Shown: positions 39,346 to 49,900 of the stretch, piece after piece
Layout of the letters: each line of letters opens with the position of its first letter
Numbering within the stretch: the first letter of the stretch is position 1
Notes under the pieces: model-generated
The model's input: the letters and a program-made list of their open reading frames with translations, nothing else
Told to the model about the DNA's origin: nothing
Databases searched by the model: none
Source: Candidatus Hydrogenedentota bacterium
Lineage (GTDB): Bacteria; Hydrogenedentota; Hydrogenedentia; Hydrogenedentales; SLHB01
Assembly (NCBI GenBank): GCA_045863295.1
Contig: BTWA01000005.1
Coordinates: 96,001-160,000 of the forward strand
Reading direction: 5' to 3'
DNA: 64,000 nt
Translations under genes and position numbers: made by a program

Positions 39346-39643
39346 GTGAATGCATCTCCTGGTGTTTGGGATTCAGGCCGCGCGCCGTCCGGCGGTAGTC
39401 CGCCTCCGCGGCAAGGGCCATTGGGTGCCTTCGGAATATCCAGACGCGGCAATACAATGTGTATTCACCGCTCTGGACTCTGATTGTCCATGAGAACGGC
39501 CCCGAATTCAAGGTTTTCAGGCTCACTCACCATTGCGCCGCACCCCAAGGGGTAGCCTCTCTATGAACCGGCGCACGGTCCTGTTGTACAATTCCCGGAT
39601 TGCGCCGCATGCCCTTCGCGACACACGAACAGGTGCCCAAGCC

Positions 39644-40495
39644 ATGGACCGCGTCACGCTACTGATCAAATGCCCCGACCGAAAAGGCATCGTTGCCCGG
39701 ATATCCCAATTCATTTTTGAGACGGGCGGCAACATCATTACCTCGGATCAGCACACCACCGATCCCGAAGGGGGCCGGTTTTTCATGCGCCTCGAATTCA
39801 GCCTGGACACATCCGGGTCGCATCGGGCGGAATTTGAAACGGCTTGTGCGGCGATGGCGGCGTCCATTGGCGCGGAGTGGGAGGCCCACTACGCCAGCCG
39901 CACCATGCGCGTAGGGATTCTCGTCTCCAAACAGGATCATTGTCTGCTCGACCTGCTCTATAGGCGCCGGCGCAGGGAATTAGAAATCGACATTCCTTTT
40001 GTCATTGGGAACCACGAAGAGTCGCGCGAAACGGCGGAACGATACGGCGTTCCATTTCATTACATACCGGTCACCCCTGCCACTAAACTTCAGGCCGAGC
40101 GCGCCATGCTCGATCTCGTGGCGGAGTCCACCGATTTTCTGGTTTTGGCGCGGTACATGCAAGTGTTGTCCGATGGGTTCCTGGGGGCCTATGGGAAAGA
40201 CATCATCAATATCCACCACAGTTTCCTGCCCAGCTTCAAAGGCGCCGATCCTTACCGGCAAGCCTACGAACGCGGCGTCAAAGTTATCGGCGCTACGGCC
40301 CATTATGTCACCGCCGCGCTTGACGAGGGTCCCATCATTGAGCAGGTGGTCGAGCGTGTGAACCCCCGCGATAATGTCGCCGATCTCCGCCGGAAAGGAA
40401 GGCTTCTAGAGCAGCAAGCGCTGGCCAATGCCATTCATGCGCATGTGGAGCACCGTATAATCCGGGACGGTCACAAGACCATCGTATTTCAATAA
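39644..40495 (+). CDS. purU: Formyltetrahydrofolate deformylase
   Basis: CPDRKGIVA ACT domain, LARYMQVLS, INIHHSFLPSFKGA, LDEGPIIEQ. Confidence 0.97.
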   Translation: MDRVTLLIKCPDRKGIVARISQFIFETGGNIITSDQHTTDPEGGRFFMRLEFSLDTSGSHRAEFETACAAMAASIGAEWEAHYASRTMRVGILVSKQDHCLLDLLYRRRRRELEIDIPFVIGNHEESRETAERYGVPFHYIPVTPATKLQAERAMLDLVAESTDFLVLARYMQVLSDGFLGAYGKDIINIHHSFLPSFKGADPYRQAYERGVKVIGATAHYVTAALDEGPIIEQVVERVNPRDNVADLRRKGRLLEQQALANAIHAHVEHRIIRDGHKTIVFQ

Positions 40496-40597
40496 TGCGC
40501 GCCGCCGCCCCGTTAGTGTAGAATCAAACTCTTTGGGTCGCACACAGTTTGTCGCCCGGATTGCACCCGCAACCGGCGATTGAAGGGAGAACCAGTC

Positions 40598-41884
40598 ATG
40601 TCCAAGTTGGCGCTGTTCGGGGGAACGCCGGTCCGGGCGAAGACGGCCAAATGGCCTCAATGGCCCATTCACGACGCGGCCGATGTGAAGTTGATGAGCA
40701 AAGTGGTCCAATCCAACCGTTGGTCCTACGACGGACCGGTAGAATGGCAGTTCGCCAAGGATTTTGCGGCGTACCACAAATCCAAATACGGCATCTGCTG
40801 CGCAAACGGCACCATCGGCATCCAGATCGCTCTTGAAGCCCTCGGCATCGGGCAAGGCGATGAAGTCATCGTCCCCGGATACACCTGGCAAGCCACCGCC
40901 GCCGCCGTGCTTGATGTCAACGCGCTTCCCGTCCTGGTCGATGTGGAACCCGACACCTGGTGCCTCGACGTGGCCAAGGCCGAAGCCGCCATCACCAAGA
41001 ACACGAAGGCCATTATCGTCGTTCATCTCTACGGATGCATGACTGACTTGACCAAACTCAAATCACTCTGCAAGAAAAAAGGCCTCTACCTTGTCGAAGA
41101 TTGTGCCCACCAACACGGCGCGTTCTGGAAAGGCAAAGGCGTCGGCGCCATCGGCGACATTTCCAGCTTCAGCTTCCAGGAGTCAAAAGTGCTCTCCTCG
41201 GGCGAGGGCGGCTTCAACATGACCCAAGACAAAGTCCTGTTCGAACGCCTGTACTCGCTTCGCAATTGCGGACGCGGCTACATGGACGATATGACCAACG
41301 CCATGCAATCCGGCAATTTCCGAATCACCGAGTTCCAATCCGTTATCCTGGCCGGTGGCTTGAAGCGCCTTGACAAGCAGGTGAAATTGCGCGATGCCAA
41401 CGCGCAATACCTGAACAAGATGCTCGCGCAGATTCCCGGCATTTTGCCCATGCGCCGCCGGAAAGAGATTGATCAAGCCAGCTACTTCAACTTCACCTTC
41501 CGGCTTGACTGGAACACGCTTGGCGGCGGGAAAGACTTGACGAATGCTCACTTTACCAAGGCGCTCTCCGCCGAACTTGGCTCCAACTGGGAACCGCCTT
41601 ACGAACCGCTGAACAAGTGCCACCTTTACAAGCCCCACACCAAGAAGCGGTACAACCTGAGCGCGGCCTACTGGAAAGCCATCGATCCCAAACGCGTCAG
41701 CCTGCCCGTCTGCGAAGACGCCTTCGGCAAGACCGGCGTCGCTGTGCATCACCACGTGTTGTTGGGAACGAAGAAAGACATGGACAACATCGCCACCGCC
41801 GTCGCCAAAGTCGCCGCCCATGTCGACGACCTCAAAGCCCTCGGCAACATCACCTTCAAAAAAGGCCGCCCGCTCCCCAAGTAA
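40598..41884 (+). CDS. DegT/DnrJ/EryC1/StrS PLP-dependent aminotransferase
   Basis: GDEVIVP, EDCAHQHG, SFSFQESK...GEGG; SD AAGGGAG. Confidence 0.94.
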   Translation: MSKLALFGGTPVRAKTAKWPQWPIHDAADVKLMSKVVQSNRWSYDGPVEWQFAKDFAAYHKSKYGICCANGTIGIQIALEALGIGQGDEVIVPGYTWQATAAAVLDVNALPVLVDVEPDTWCLDVAKAEAAITKNTKAIIVVHLYGCMTDLTKLKSLCKKKGLYLVEDCAHQHGAFWKGKGVGAIGDISSFSFQESKVLSSGEGGFNMTQDKVLFERLYSLRNCGRGYMDDMTNAMQSGNFRITEFQSVILAGGLKRLDKQVKLRDANAQYLNKMLAQIPGILPMRRRKEIDQASYFNFTFRLDWNTLGGGKDLTNAHFTKALSAELGSNWEPPYEPLNKCHLYKPHTKKRYNLSAAYWKAIDPKRVSLPVCEDAFGKTGVAVHHHVLLGTKKDMDNIATAVAKVAAHVDDLKALGNITFKKGRPLPK

Positions 41885-41898
41885 CCGCACGAACATAC

Positions 41899-41938
41899 AC
41901 GCCGCCGCCAGATGCAAATCCGGCGGCGGCGTTTTCTT
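41899..41938 (+). terminator. Rho-independent terminator
   Basis: ACGCCGCCGCC...GGCGGCGGCGT stem plus TTTCTTT. Confidence 0.8.
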
Positions 41939-42108
41939 TAGTGGGTGGGATTGGACTTGGGTCGGATTCTGTCGACTGACGGAGCGCGCTTTCGATTAAG
42001 CAATGCCAGCCAGATGTCGGTGCTCCAATGTGCCAGCACTGCCGGCGCACGACAAGCGTGAGATACAGACATTCCGGCGCAATCCAGATAGAAGTATGTG
42101 CTCCTCGG

Positions 42109-43797
42109 TCATCCTTGCACGCGGCTGGCGGGGACGACGCAGCGGAAGCCCACGGTGGGCAGTTGGCTTTCTTCGAAGAGGCCTTTGCGGAAGGAGCAGC
42201 GGAGTTCATTGGCGGGCGAGTGCCAGGATCCGCCTCGCACGACGCGCTGCGGGGCGGCGCCTTGTTGTTGCGCGGCTTCGCGCTTGGCGGGGTCGTAGGG
42301 AAGGAAGAGGCTGGTCGTCCATTCGTAGACGTTGCCGGCCATGTCGTAGAGTCCGTCTTTGGTGCGGCCTTCGTCGTGCATGGTGACGATGGAAGGCATA
42401 TTCAGGAAATCGCCGTAGTTGGCCTTGTGCGAGTCCGGTTCCTGGGTGCCCCAGGGGTACTTGCGGTTTTCCTTGCCGCGCGCGGCGAATTCCCATTGCA
42501 CTTCGGTGGGGAGTTGTTTGCCGGCCCAGCGCGCGTAGGCCATTGCGTCCGCGAAACTCACGGAGACCACCGGTTGATCGGGACCGTCAAACTCGCGCGC
42601 GCCCCAATACTTCGGGCGCGAATGCCCTGTCGCCTTCATGAACTCCGCGTACTGCGCGTTGGTTACCGGCGCCTGATCGATGTAGTAGGGCTGCACGTAT
42701 CCTTCGCCCGCGGGCGCTTCATCCGGAAATTGGTGATTACCCATGAGGAAACTGCCGCCTTCCATGAACACCATGTTTTCCAAGGACACGGCCGTTTCCT
42801 CGGCGTCGTCCGGCCGTTGAACCGTGACGGTGCGCTTGTACGATTCTTCATAGGCGGCAAGCAACGCGTCTCGGAACTCGGCCGCGGTTTGCCAGCGGTC
42901 CTCCTTGGCCTCGTTGAGCGCCTTGTTGCGCACACGCACGAGCGAGGGGGATACGTCCGTGCGGGCTTTTTCCACGTCAATCGGTGGATCGAGCGGGGTG
43001 CGCAGCGTCAGCAATTCATGAAAGAGGAGGCCGGTGGCGAAGATGTCGGCTCGGAGATCGACGTCTTCGTGAAACCGTTGTTCCGGCGCGGCATAGGCCT
43101 CTGTACCGACTACCCGGTTGTGCTTAATCTCGTCCAGGGGCGAGGGGCGCAGATTTTCTTCGTCAATGGCTTTGGCGAGACCAAAGTCGAGCACCTTGGC
43201 GCGCTCTCCCGTAAGCAGCATGACGTTTTCCGGTTTGATGTCGCGATGCACGACGTACCGATGGGCATAGTCCAACGCGGCCAGTACTTGCGAGGTGATA
43301 TCCACGACAAACCGGATGTCGAGCAGTTTGCGTTCCTCGCGCTTTTGCCGGAGAAACTTTCGCAGCGAATTCCCGCGCACGAATTCCATGGAGATGTACA
43401 GAATGCCTTCGGGGGTGGAGCCCACGTCGTGCACGCCAACGATGTTGTCGTGGCGCAGGCGCCGCGCCCTCTGGGCTTCCTGGATAAAGAGTTGCACGCC
43501 TTTCTGGGTCCGCAGCAGCTTCGGATTCAGGAATTTAAGCGCCACCCGCTCGTGCATCAGCGCGTCGTGCGCGCGGTACACCACGCCCATGCCTCCCGCG
43601 CCGATTACCTGCTCGATGACGTAGCGATCCGAGATGCGGCGGCCCGTGTCGAATGCGATATCCTCATCCGAGAGCGGTTTTTCGGTGGAAGGCACCGTCA
43701 ACGAGGAGCCGCACTGAAAGCAGACGCCCGTGCGGCCCTGTACCGTGCGGGGTACGCGAATGATTAACCCGCACCTGGGGCATGTTACTTGAATCAT
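42109..43797 (-). CDS. Zn-ribbon + Ser/Thr kinase + FGE-sulfatase (SUMF1-like) domain protein
   Basis: CPRC...CFQC; GAGGMGVVY, HRDIKPEN, DFGLA; PVTN, LPTEVQWEFAARG, DMAGNVYEW, RGGSW, GFRC. Confidence 0.93.
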   Translation of the reverse strand: MIQVTCPRCGLIIRVPRTVQGRTGVCFQCGSSLTVPSTEKPLSDEDIAFDTGRRISDRYVIEQVIGAGGMGVVYRAHDALMHERVALKFLNPKLLRTQKGVQLFIQEAQRARRLRHDNIVGVHDVGSTPEGILYISMEFVRGNSLRKFLRQKREERKLLDIRFVVDITSQVLAALDYAHRYVVHRDIKPENVMLLTGERAKVLDFGLAKAIDEENLRPSPLDEIKHNRVVGTEAYAAPEQRFHEDVDLRADIFATGLLFHELLTLRTPLDPPIDVEKARTDVSPSLVRVRNKALNEAKEDRWQTAAEFRDALLAAYEESYKRTVTVQRPDDAEETAVSLENMVFMEGGSFLMGNHQFPDEAPAGEGYVQPYYIDQAPVTNAQYAEFMKATGHSRPKYWGAREFDGPDQPVVSVSFADAMAYARWAGKQLPTEVQWEFAARGKENRKYPWGTQEPDSHKANYGDFLNMPSIVTMHDEGRTKDGLYDMAGNVYEWTTSLFLPYDPAKREAAQQQGAAPQRVVRGGSWHSPANELRCSFRKGLFEESQLPTVGFRCVVPASRVQG

Positions 43798-43822
43798 GGC
43801 TGCGTGCCGAACTCCCGTCCGG

Positions 43823-44914
43823 TCATTCTTCCACGGGTGCCGTATACTTGACGCCAACGGACTCCAGTTGTTTCATGAAGCCGTCCTTGTCCACGGCTTT
43901 TTTCCATGCTTCTTCCGGCTCCACGACATCCTCTTTGCACAGGCGCGCCAATTCGTCGTTGAGCAGCGTCATGCCTTCCTTCTTCGCGGTTTGCATGATG
44001 CTCATGATTTGCGAGGTCTTGGCTTCGCGAATTTGCGAGGATACCGCCTGATTCACGATTAGCACTTCGATGGCCGCCACGCGCCCTCCGCCTTTCTTCT
44101 TCAGCAAGTTCTGCGCGATCACGCCTTTCAAGGTGCCCGACAGCATGGTGCGGATTTGATCCTGTTGTTCCGCGGGGAACTGGTCAATCAAGCGATCGAC
44201 GGTGGATATGGCCGTGGTTGTATGCAGCGTGCCGAACACGAGGTGGCCGGTTTCCGCGGTTTCAATGGCGATGTGTGTCGTTTCCAGGTCGCGCATTTCG
44301 CCCACGAGCACGATATCCGGGTCTTCGCGCAGCGCCGCGCGCAAGGCCGCTTTGAAGCTCTTGGTGTGCGTGTGCACTTCGCGCTGGTTGATCAGGCACC
44401 GTTTGTTCTTGTGCACGAACTCGATGGGATCTTCAATGGTGATGATATGCTCACTGCGGGTTGCATTGATCCGGTCGATCAGCGCCGCCAGCGTGGTCGA
44501 TTTTCCGCTGCCGGTGGGTCCGGTCACAAGCACCAGCCCTTTGCCCAGCTGACAGAACTTCTTAACCGCCTCCGGCAGGTTTAATTGCTCGCACGTAAGA
44601 ATCGTGGAAGGTATCAGCCGGAAGACTCCGCCGATCCCCTTGTGATCCATGAACACATTGGAGCGGAACCGTCCTACGTCCGGTATCTCATGCGCGAAAT
44701 CGGTGTCATGCACCGCGGCGAACTCTTCCTGATTCTTGTGGGGCATAATTTCCCACAGCAGGTTTCTGACCGCGTCATCGGACAATTCTTCTTCACTGCG
44801 CAAGGCGACCATCGAGCCGTCTTTGCGGAAGATGGGTTTGTTGCCTGTGCACAAATGAAGGTCGGAAGCCCCATGGTCCACCATCATTTTCAAGTACTTG
44901 TCAATTACGGCCAT
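43823..44914 (-). CDS. pilT: Type IV pilus retraction ATPase (PilT/PilU family)
   Basis: GASDLHL, GPTGSGKSTT, TIEDPIE, LREDPDIVLVGEMRD, GHLVFGTLHT; SD GGGAGA before ATG 44914. Confidence 0.93.
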   Translation of the reverse strand: MAVIDKYLKMMVDHGASDLHLCTGNKPIFRKDGSMVALRSEEELSDDAVRNLLWEIMPHKNQEEFAAVHDTDFAHEIPDVGRFRSNVFMDHKGIGGVFRLIPSTILTCEQLNLPEAVKKFCQLGKGLVLVTGPTGSGKSTTLAALIDRINATRSEHIITIEDPIEFVHKNKRCLINQREVHTHTKSFKAALRAALREDPDIVLVGEMRDLETTHIAIETAETGHLVFGTLHTTTAISTVDRLIDQFPAEQQDQIRTMLSGTLKGVIAQNLLKKKGGGRVAAIEVLIVNQAVSSQIREAKTSQIMSIMQTAKKEGMTLLNDELARLCKEDVVEPEEAWKKAVDKDGFMKQLESVGVKYTAPVEE

Positions 44915-45132
44915 TTGTCCAGTCTCCCTTCCCGACCCCATTCGTACGGGCTCAAACGCTACCACCGTAACTTCAATGAAGCAAATCGTCGCACCGCGCG
45001 GCGGAAATTTGGGCAGTTTTCGCAATTTGGGCCGGAGCGGGGTAATGTCGCATCGCGTTGGCGGTACCATGACCGTGGGTGGTACTCTATTCATTGTGCG
45101 CAACAGAAAACGTTTGGCAAGTGGATAAACGA

Positions 45133-46686
45133 ATGGGTAATTACAGCATTCGACGGGCATTGGCCGCCTCGGCCTTAATCCTCCTTCTTGCCGTGTCCGC
45201 CTATGCTGACGTGACCGTCGGATTGGGCCAGGGTCAGGGTTGGGCGGGCGGCCTTGCCCAGACGCAAGTGAGTCTGCAGGGAAGTCCTGCTCCTGCGGTG
45301 TTGGAAATCCGTTTTTTGTTCGATTCCAACAAACTAGACCTGATCGGAGTGCAACCGGGTCCTGTCGTAACGTCTGCCAATAAGTCGCTCTCATGGGAGG
45401 AATCCCCTCCGGGCCGCGGCAAGATTGTGATTGTTGGTGTTAACACCCAGACCATGTCTAACGGGGTGTTGGCCAGTCTGCAATTTGCCATAAAGTCCGC
45501 GGCCCAAGCCGGCAACGTGATTACTCTCGATGGCGACTCCATGTCGGCCTCGGGCGCGGCGGGTGAAACCCAGGCGACGGTGTTGAACGACGGTCAGGTG
45601 ACCGTTGTGACCTGTTCGCAGCCGGCAACTCCAACCGGACTGACTGCAACCGATGGCGCACACCCCGACAGAGTGCATCTTGCTTGGGCTCCTGTAGCGA
45701 GCACATCGGAGTACGTGATTTACCGATCCACCTCGTCCAACGCACAGACGGCCACCGCAATTGCCACTGTGACGGCAACTGAGTATGACGACCGGTCGGC
45801 GGATGCGCCTGCCGCTGCCGCGGGATGTTCTCCGGGCGGAGTCAAGACCTATAGCTATTGGGTGGCGGCCAAAGCGCCGTGCGGGGAGAGCCCTTTCAGC
45901 GCCAGTGATACCGGTTTTCGCGGATTCGCGAAATTGGCGGTACAAGGCGCTGCAAAAGCGATGACCATGCCTCCGCCTGGGCTTGCCGTTGCCACAGGGT
46001 CGACGGCGGCCGTTCGCCTCACCGCACGGGATCCCATCGACCCGGCCACTTTATGGGGGCAGTTGGATGGGAGGGCGTATCCCGCTGAATGGGTCCCGGT
46101 TAACGAGCGCGACGGCTGGGCTTTGTGCCGCTTGGACGGATCGATAGCTGCGGGAGCTACTTTTATTTGGAGTGCCGGCGCGCGTTCGATTCGTGGTGAA
46201 CTGGTTGGACCGTTCAGTGCGGCCTTCCCGGTTTCGGACGGTGGGGACGCTTCCGATGCACTCCTATCCGATGTTCCTCCGCTGGCGACGGGCGTTGGGC
46301 CGATCCACGTTGTGGGCCCGATGCAAGTATATGACTTACCCTATGTTATCGACATATCCATTCCGGATGGCAGCGAGCCGTCGGAGGTTCAGTTATTTTA
46401 CTACCTTCAGAACGATACAGGCAGCGCCTGGTACCCGGCGGAGGACGTGGAAGGCTGGCTGGCTTCACCGATACAGCCGGTGACTGGCGAGGACGGCCGC
46501 GTTGTCTTGCGCGCCGCAGTCCACCATGGTGGTTTTGTTCAAGTGGGTGTTGGCCATGGTGAGGTACACGCCGCGGGTCTGTCAGGTGGTGTAGACGTAG
46601 CCGGGTTTTCGGGCTCAATCCTTGTCATTGTGCTCCTTTCACTTGCATGTTTGGCCTGCCGGTTTTTCCTTGCTGGCAAGGCCTGA
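45133..46686 (+). CDS. Surface protein: signal peptide, cohesin-like domain, fibronectin-III-like domain, C-terminal TM anchor
   Basis: FDSNKL...NGVLASLQFAI...GQVTV; PTGLTATDG...LAW...YVIYRS...YSYWV; hydrophobic C-terminus. Confidence 0.75.
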   Translation: MGNYSIRRALAASALILLLAVSAYADVTVGLGQGQGWAGGLAQTQVSLQGSPAPAVLEIRFLFDSNKLDLIGVQPGPVVTSANKSLSWEESPPGRGKIVIVGVNTQTMSNGVLASLQFAIKSAAQAGNVITLDGDSMSASGAAGETQATVLNDGQVTVVTCSQPATPTGLTATDGAHPDRVHLAWAPVASTSEYVIYRSTSSNAQTATAIATVTATEYDDRSADAPAAAAGCSPGGVKTYSYWVAAKAPCGESPFSASDTGFRGFAKLAVQGAAKAMTMPPPGLAVATGSTAAVRLTARDPIDPATLWGQLDGRAYPAEWVPVNERDGWALCRLDGSIAAGATFIWSAGARSIRGELVGPFSAAFPVSDGGDASDALLSDVPPLATGVGPIHVVGPMQVYDLPYVIDISIPDGSEPSEVQLFYYLQNDTGSAWYPAEDVEGWLASPIQPVTGEDGRVVLRAAVHHGGFVQVGVGHGEVHAAGLSGGVDVAGFSGSILVIVLLSLACLACRFFLAGKA

Positions 46687-46948
46687 GCGGGCCGCACAGC
46701 CTGTATTATGTACATATTTTAAACACTCCCTGATCGGATTCTTTACGGTCGGAATCCCGTTTCTGTTGTAAGTCCTTTTCTATCAATACCCACTCCATGG
46801 CATTCCAATTGCTGTCCTTTGTGGATATGTGGGTTTGCCGCAGTAAACTTGTGTATAACGCGGATAGTGTGTTTATTAGCAACTGGTGTTATCGTAGTGC
46901 AGCTTTTCTGCTGATCTTGGGTGCTACCGATACAGAGGGAATTCGCGC

Positions 46949-49900
46949 GTGTTGGATCGGGACCGAAACTTACTGTTCGGCGTTTTTGCTGTGCAGCTCA
47001 AGCTGGTGTCTCCTGCACAAATCATGGAGGTGGCTGCCGCTTGGGCGGTCGATCCGTCTCGCGATCTACCGGATCGGCTTCGCGATGCCCGTTTGCTGAC
47101 CGAGAGTGATTTCCAGCTTGTCCTTGATTTTGTAAACCGGGCGGTCGAGGCGCATCAAGGCAATCCATCCATGGCGTTGCAGCGATTCGGCGGCGAGGCG
47201 CTTGCCTACCAGTCGCTCCAACTTTCCGGGCCACAGACGGTCCCCGGAGAAACGGCGCGCGACACCAGCCCCGACGTGCTTGAGAATCTACTTTCTGAAG
47301 AACTCCCCAAGATACTGGAAACGACGGGTCGCTATTCGTTGAAGTCGGAACATGCGCGCGGCGGTCAAGGGCGCCTGTTGCTCGTGCACGACGAGCAGAT
47401 GGGCCGTGACATTATTTTGAAAGAGTTGTTGCCGTCCGGGAAGTCGGGCTTGGGAACGACGACGCCGATACGCCAGACGGCGAATCTGGTTTCGCGTTTC
47501 CTTCGCGAGGCCAAGATTACGGGGCAACTGGAGCATCCGTCCATCGTTCCCGTGTACGAATTGGGTTTGCGGCCCGAGGGCGTACCGTATTACACGATGA
47601 AGCTCGTGAAGGGCCGGACGTTATATTCTTCAATCCGCGGTCGCCACACGTTGGAAGAGCGGCTTGGCCTTTTGCGGAATTTTCTCGATCTTTGCGAGGG
47701 GGTGGCGTACGCGCACAGCCGTGGCGTGTTACATCGCGATCTCAAGCCGCAGAATGTCATGGTGGGGCAATTTGGCGAGACGGTCATTCTGGATTGGGGC
47801 CTGGCGAAGATAAAGGGTTCGCTGGACGACCGTGACGAGATTATCACGCAGATGATTTCCAAGCTGCGTATGGAGGAGACCGACCTCAAAGAGACCGCCC
47901 CGGATGCAATACTTGGCACGCCTGTGTACATGTCGCCTGAGCAGGCACGAGGCGATTTGAAGGCCGTGGACGAACGATCGGACATCTATTCGCTGGGGGT
48001 GACGCTGTATGAGGTCATTACCGGCAATATTCCTTACAAGAGCAGTTCCATGAAACAGGTCATGGAAGAAATCGTGACGAAGGATCCGCCGTCCTGCACG
48101 GCGGTGATTCCCGATGTGCCTCCGGAATTGGCGGCGATCTGCGATCGATGCCTTAAGCGGAAGAAGGAAGAACGATACCAGTCGGCGAAAGATCTGGCCG
48201 ACGACGTTGATCGATTTCTGTCGGGTGCTCTGGTCAAGGCCTATTCCTACAAAACCAGTGAGATACTTGCGCGGGTCTACAAGCGGCACCGGTCGATAAT
48301 CAATCTGGCGGCTGCCGCGTCGGCCGTCATCCTGATCACTATTGGCGTTTCCTACGTGCAGGTATTGCAGGCGCGCAACGAGGCGGTAATTGCTCGCGAC
48401 GATGCGCAATCCGAGAATTACGCGAACCAGATGTTGCTGACAGCGCAATACATGCAAGGTAACCACTACGATCTCGCGCGCCGGACGCTGTGGGAAACGG
48501 AAGAAGCCCTTCGGGACTGGGAATGGGGCTATCTGTTGAACCGGTGCAACGTCGAGTTGGCCGTGTTGGAGGATCGTGTTGGATTTGCGTTCCGTCCGGA
48601 CGGTTTGCAGATGGCGACGATATCCCGAAACCGTCCGATTGAAATCGTGAATGCGGCGACCGGGGAAGTGGTGCGCAACATCGCGGAGAGCGCGGTACGA
48701 CCGTTGGATATAGTCTATAGCCCGGACGGGTCGCTGCTTCTGGCTCCGACGATGAGCGGGGCGGTCATGATTTGGGACGCAGTTTCGGGCGATCGCAAAC
48801 GGGCAATTGCCGTGCCCGGAGCGGTGCCTGAACACGCCGCCTTTGATGCCGCCTCCAAGCGTATTGCCACAACGTGGGATGATGATTCCGTCCGGATCTT
48901 CGATGTGGAAACCGGGGCGAGTCTGGCCCAACTAGAGGGAAAAAAATCCGGTATTGGCAAACCGCAATTCAGCCCGGACGGAACGACCCTTGTGTGTGTA
49001 AGCAGTCAGGCCGGGGAGGCGTCGGCTTGGGCGGCCTATGTGCACGACAGTGCCACTGGGGCAATGTTGTTTTCTATTCCGGCGACTGTGGCACAGTTTT
49101 CGCCAGATGGAGCGTTTATCGTTGGAGCGAATCGAACGGGAATTCAGATTTATGAGGCCGGCGACGGAGAAGTCCGGGTAAAGCTGGCGGAGCATCCCGG
49201 ACTTATTGCGGATTTTTGCATATCGCGAGACTCCGGCTTCGTGGCGACCGGTTGCGCGGATGGGGTGGTGCGGGTATTTGATGTTCACACCGGCGAATTG
49301 CTTGGAGAATATAAAGGCGACAACCCGATACGGTTTGTTCGGATCAGTCCGGACAGTCAATATCTGCTGACGGCTACCCTGGACGGCAAACTGACCGTAT
49401 GGGACCGCAATACGGGTCAAGCAATCAACGAGATGCGCGGGCACACGGATCTCGTCCGGTTGGCCGATTTCAGTCCGGATGGATTGCGATTCGCGACCGC
49501 ATCGTTCGACCAGAGCGTGCGCGTGTGGGGCGTGGCGAGTTCGCCGGGGCAGCGTGTGCTGGCTAAGCCGGCGGCCAACGTGAATTTTGCGACGATCAGT
49601 AAGGACCGGTCGCAGTTGGCCGTGTTGTTAAACAACCGCACTTTGGAGATTCGGCGCATCGCGGACGGATCGACCGTAGCGAATTTCGCCGGGCATGGAC
49701 AAAAAGGCGGATTCGCCGCATCGTTCAGCCCCGACGGCGCGCAGTTGGTGGCCGCTCTCGACGACCATACGCCGACCGTTTGGGATATTGCCGCGGGAAC
49801 TGTGGTTACGCAACTCAATGGACATCGCGGAGCCGTACATGGTCTGGCGTACCGCCCCGACGGCGGGACCATTGCCACCGCATCGTGGGACGGAACGGCC

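Noticed and set aside
42109..42400. FGE-domain C-terminus as a diversity-generating retroelement target
   Set aside because: No reverse transcriptase and no template repeat seen in the window
42028..43767. 579-aa plus-strand ORF, and similar long antisense ORFs at 2693-3883, 3919-4884, 47729-48931, 55450-56673 and 56879-58108
   Set aside because: They are shadows of well-supported genes on the opposite strand, expected at this GC content, and carry no motifs
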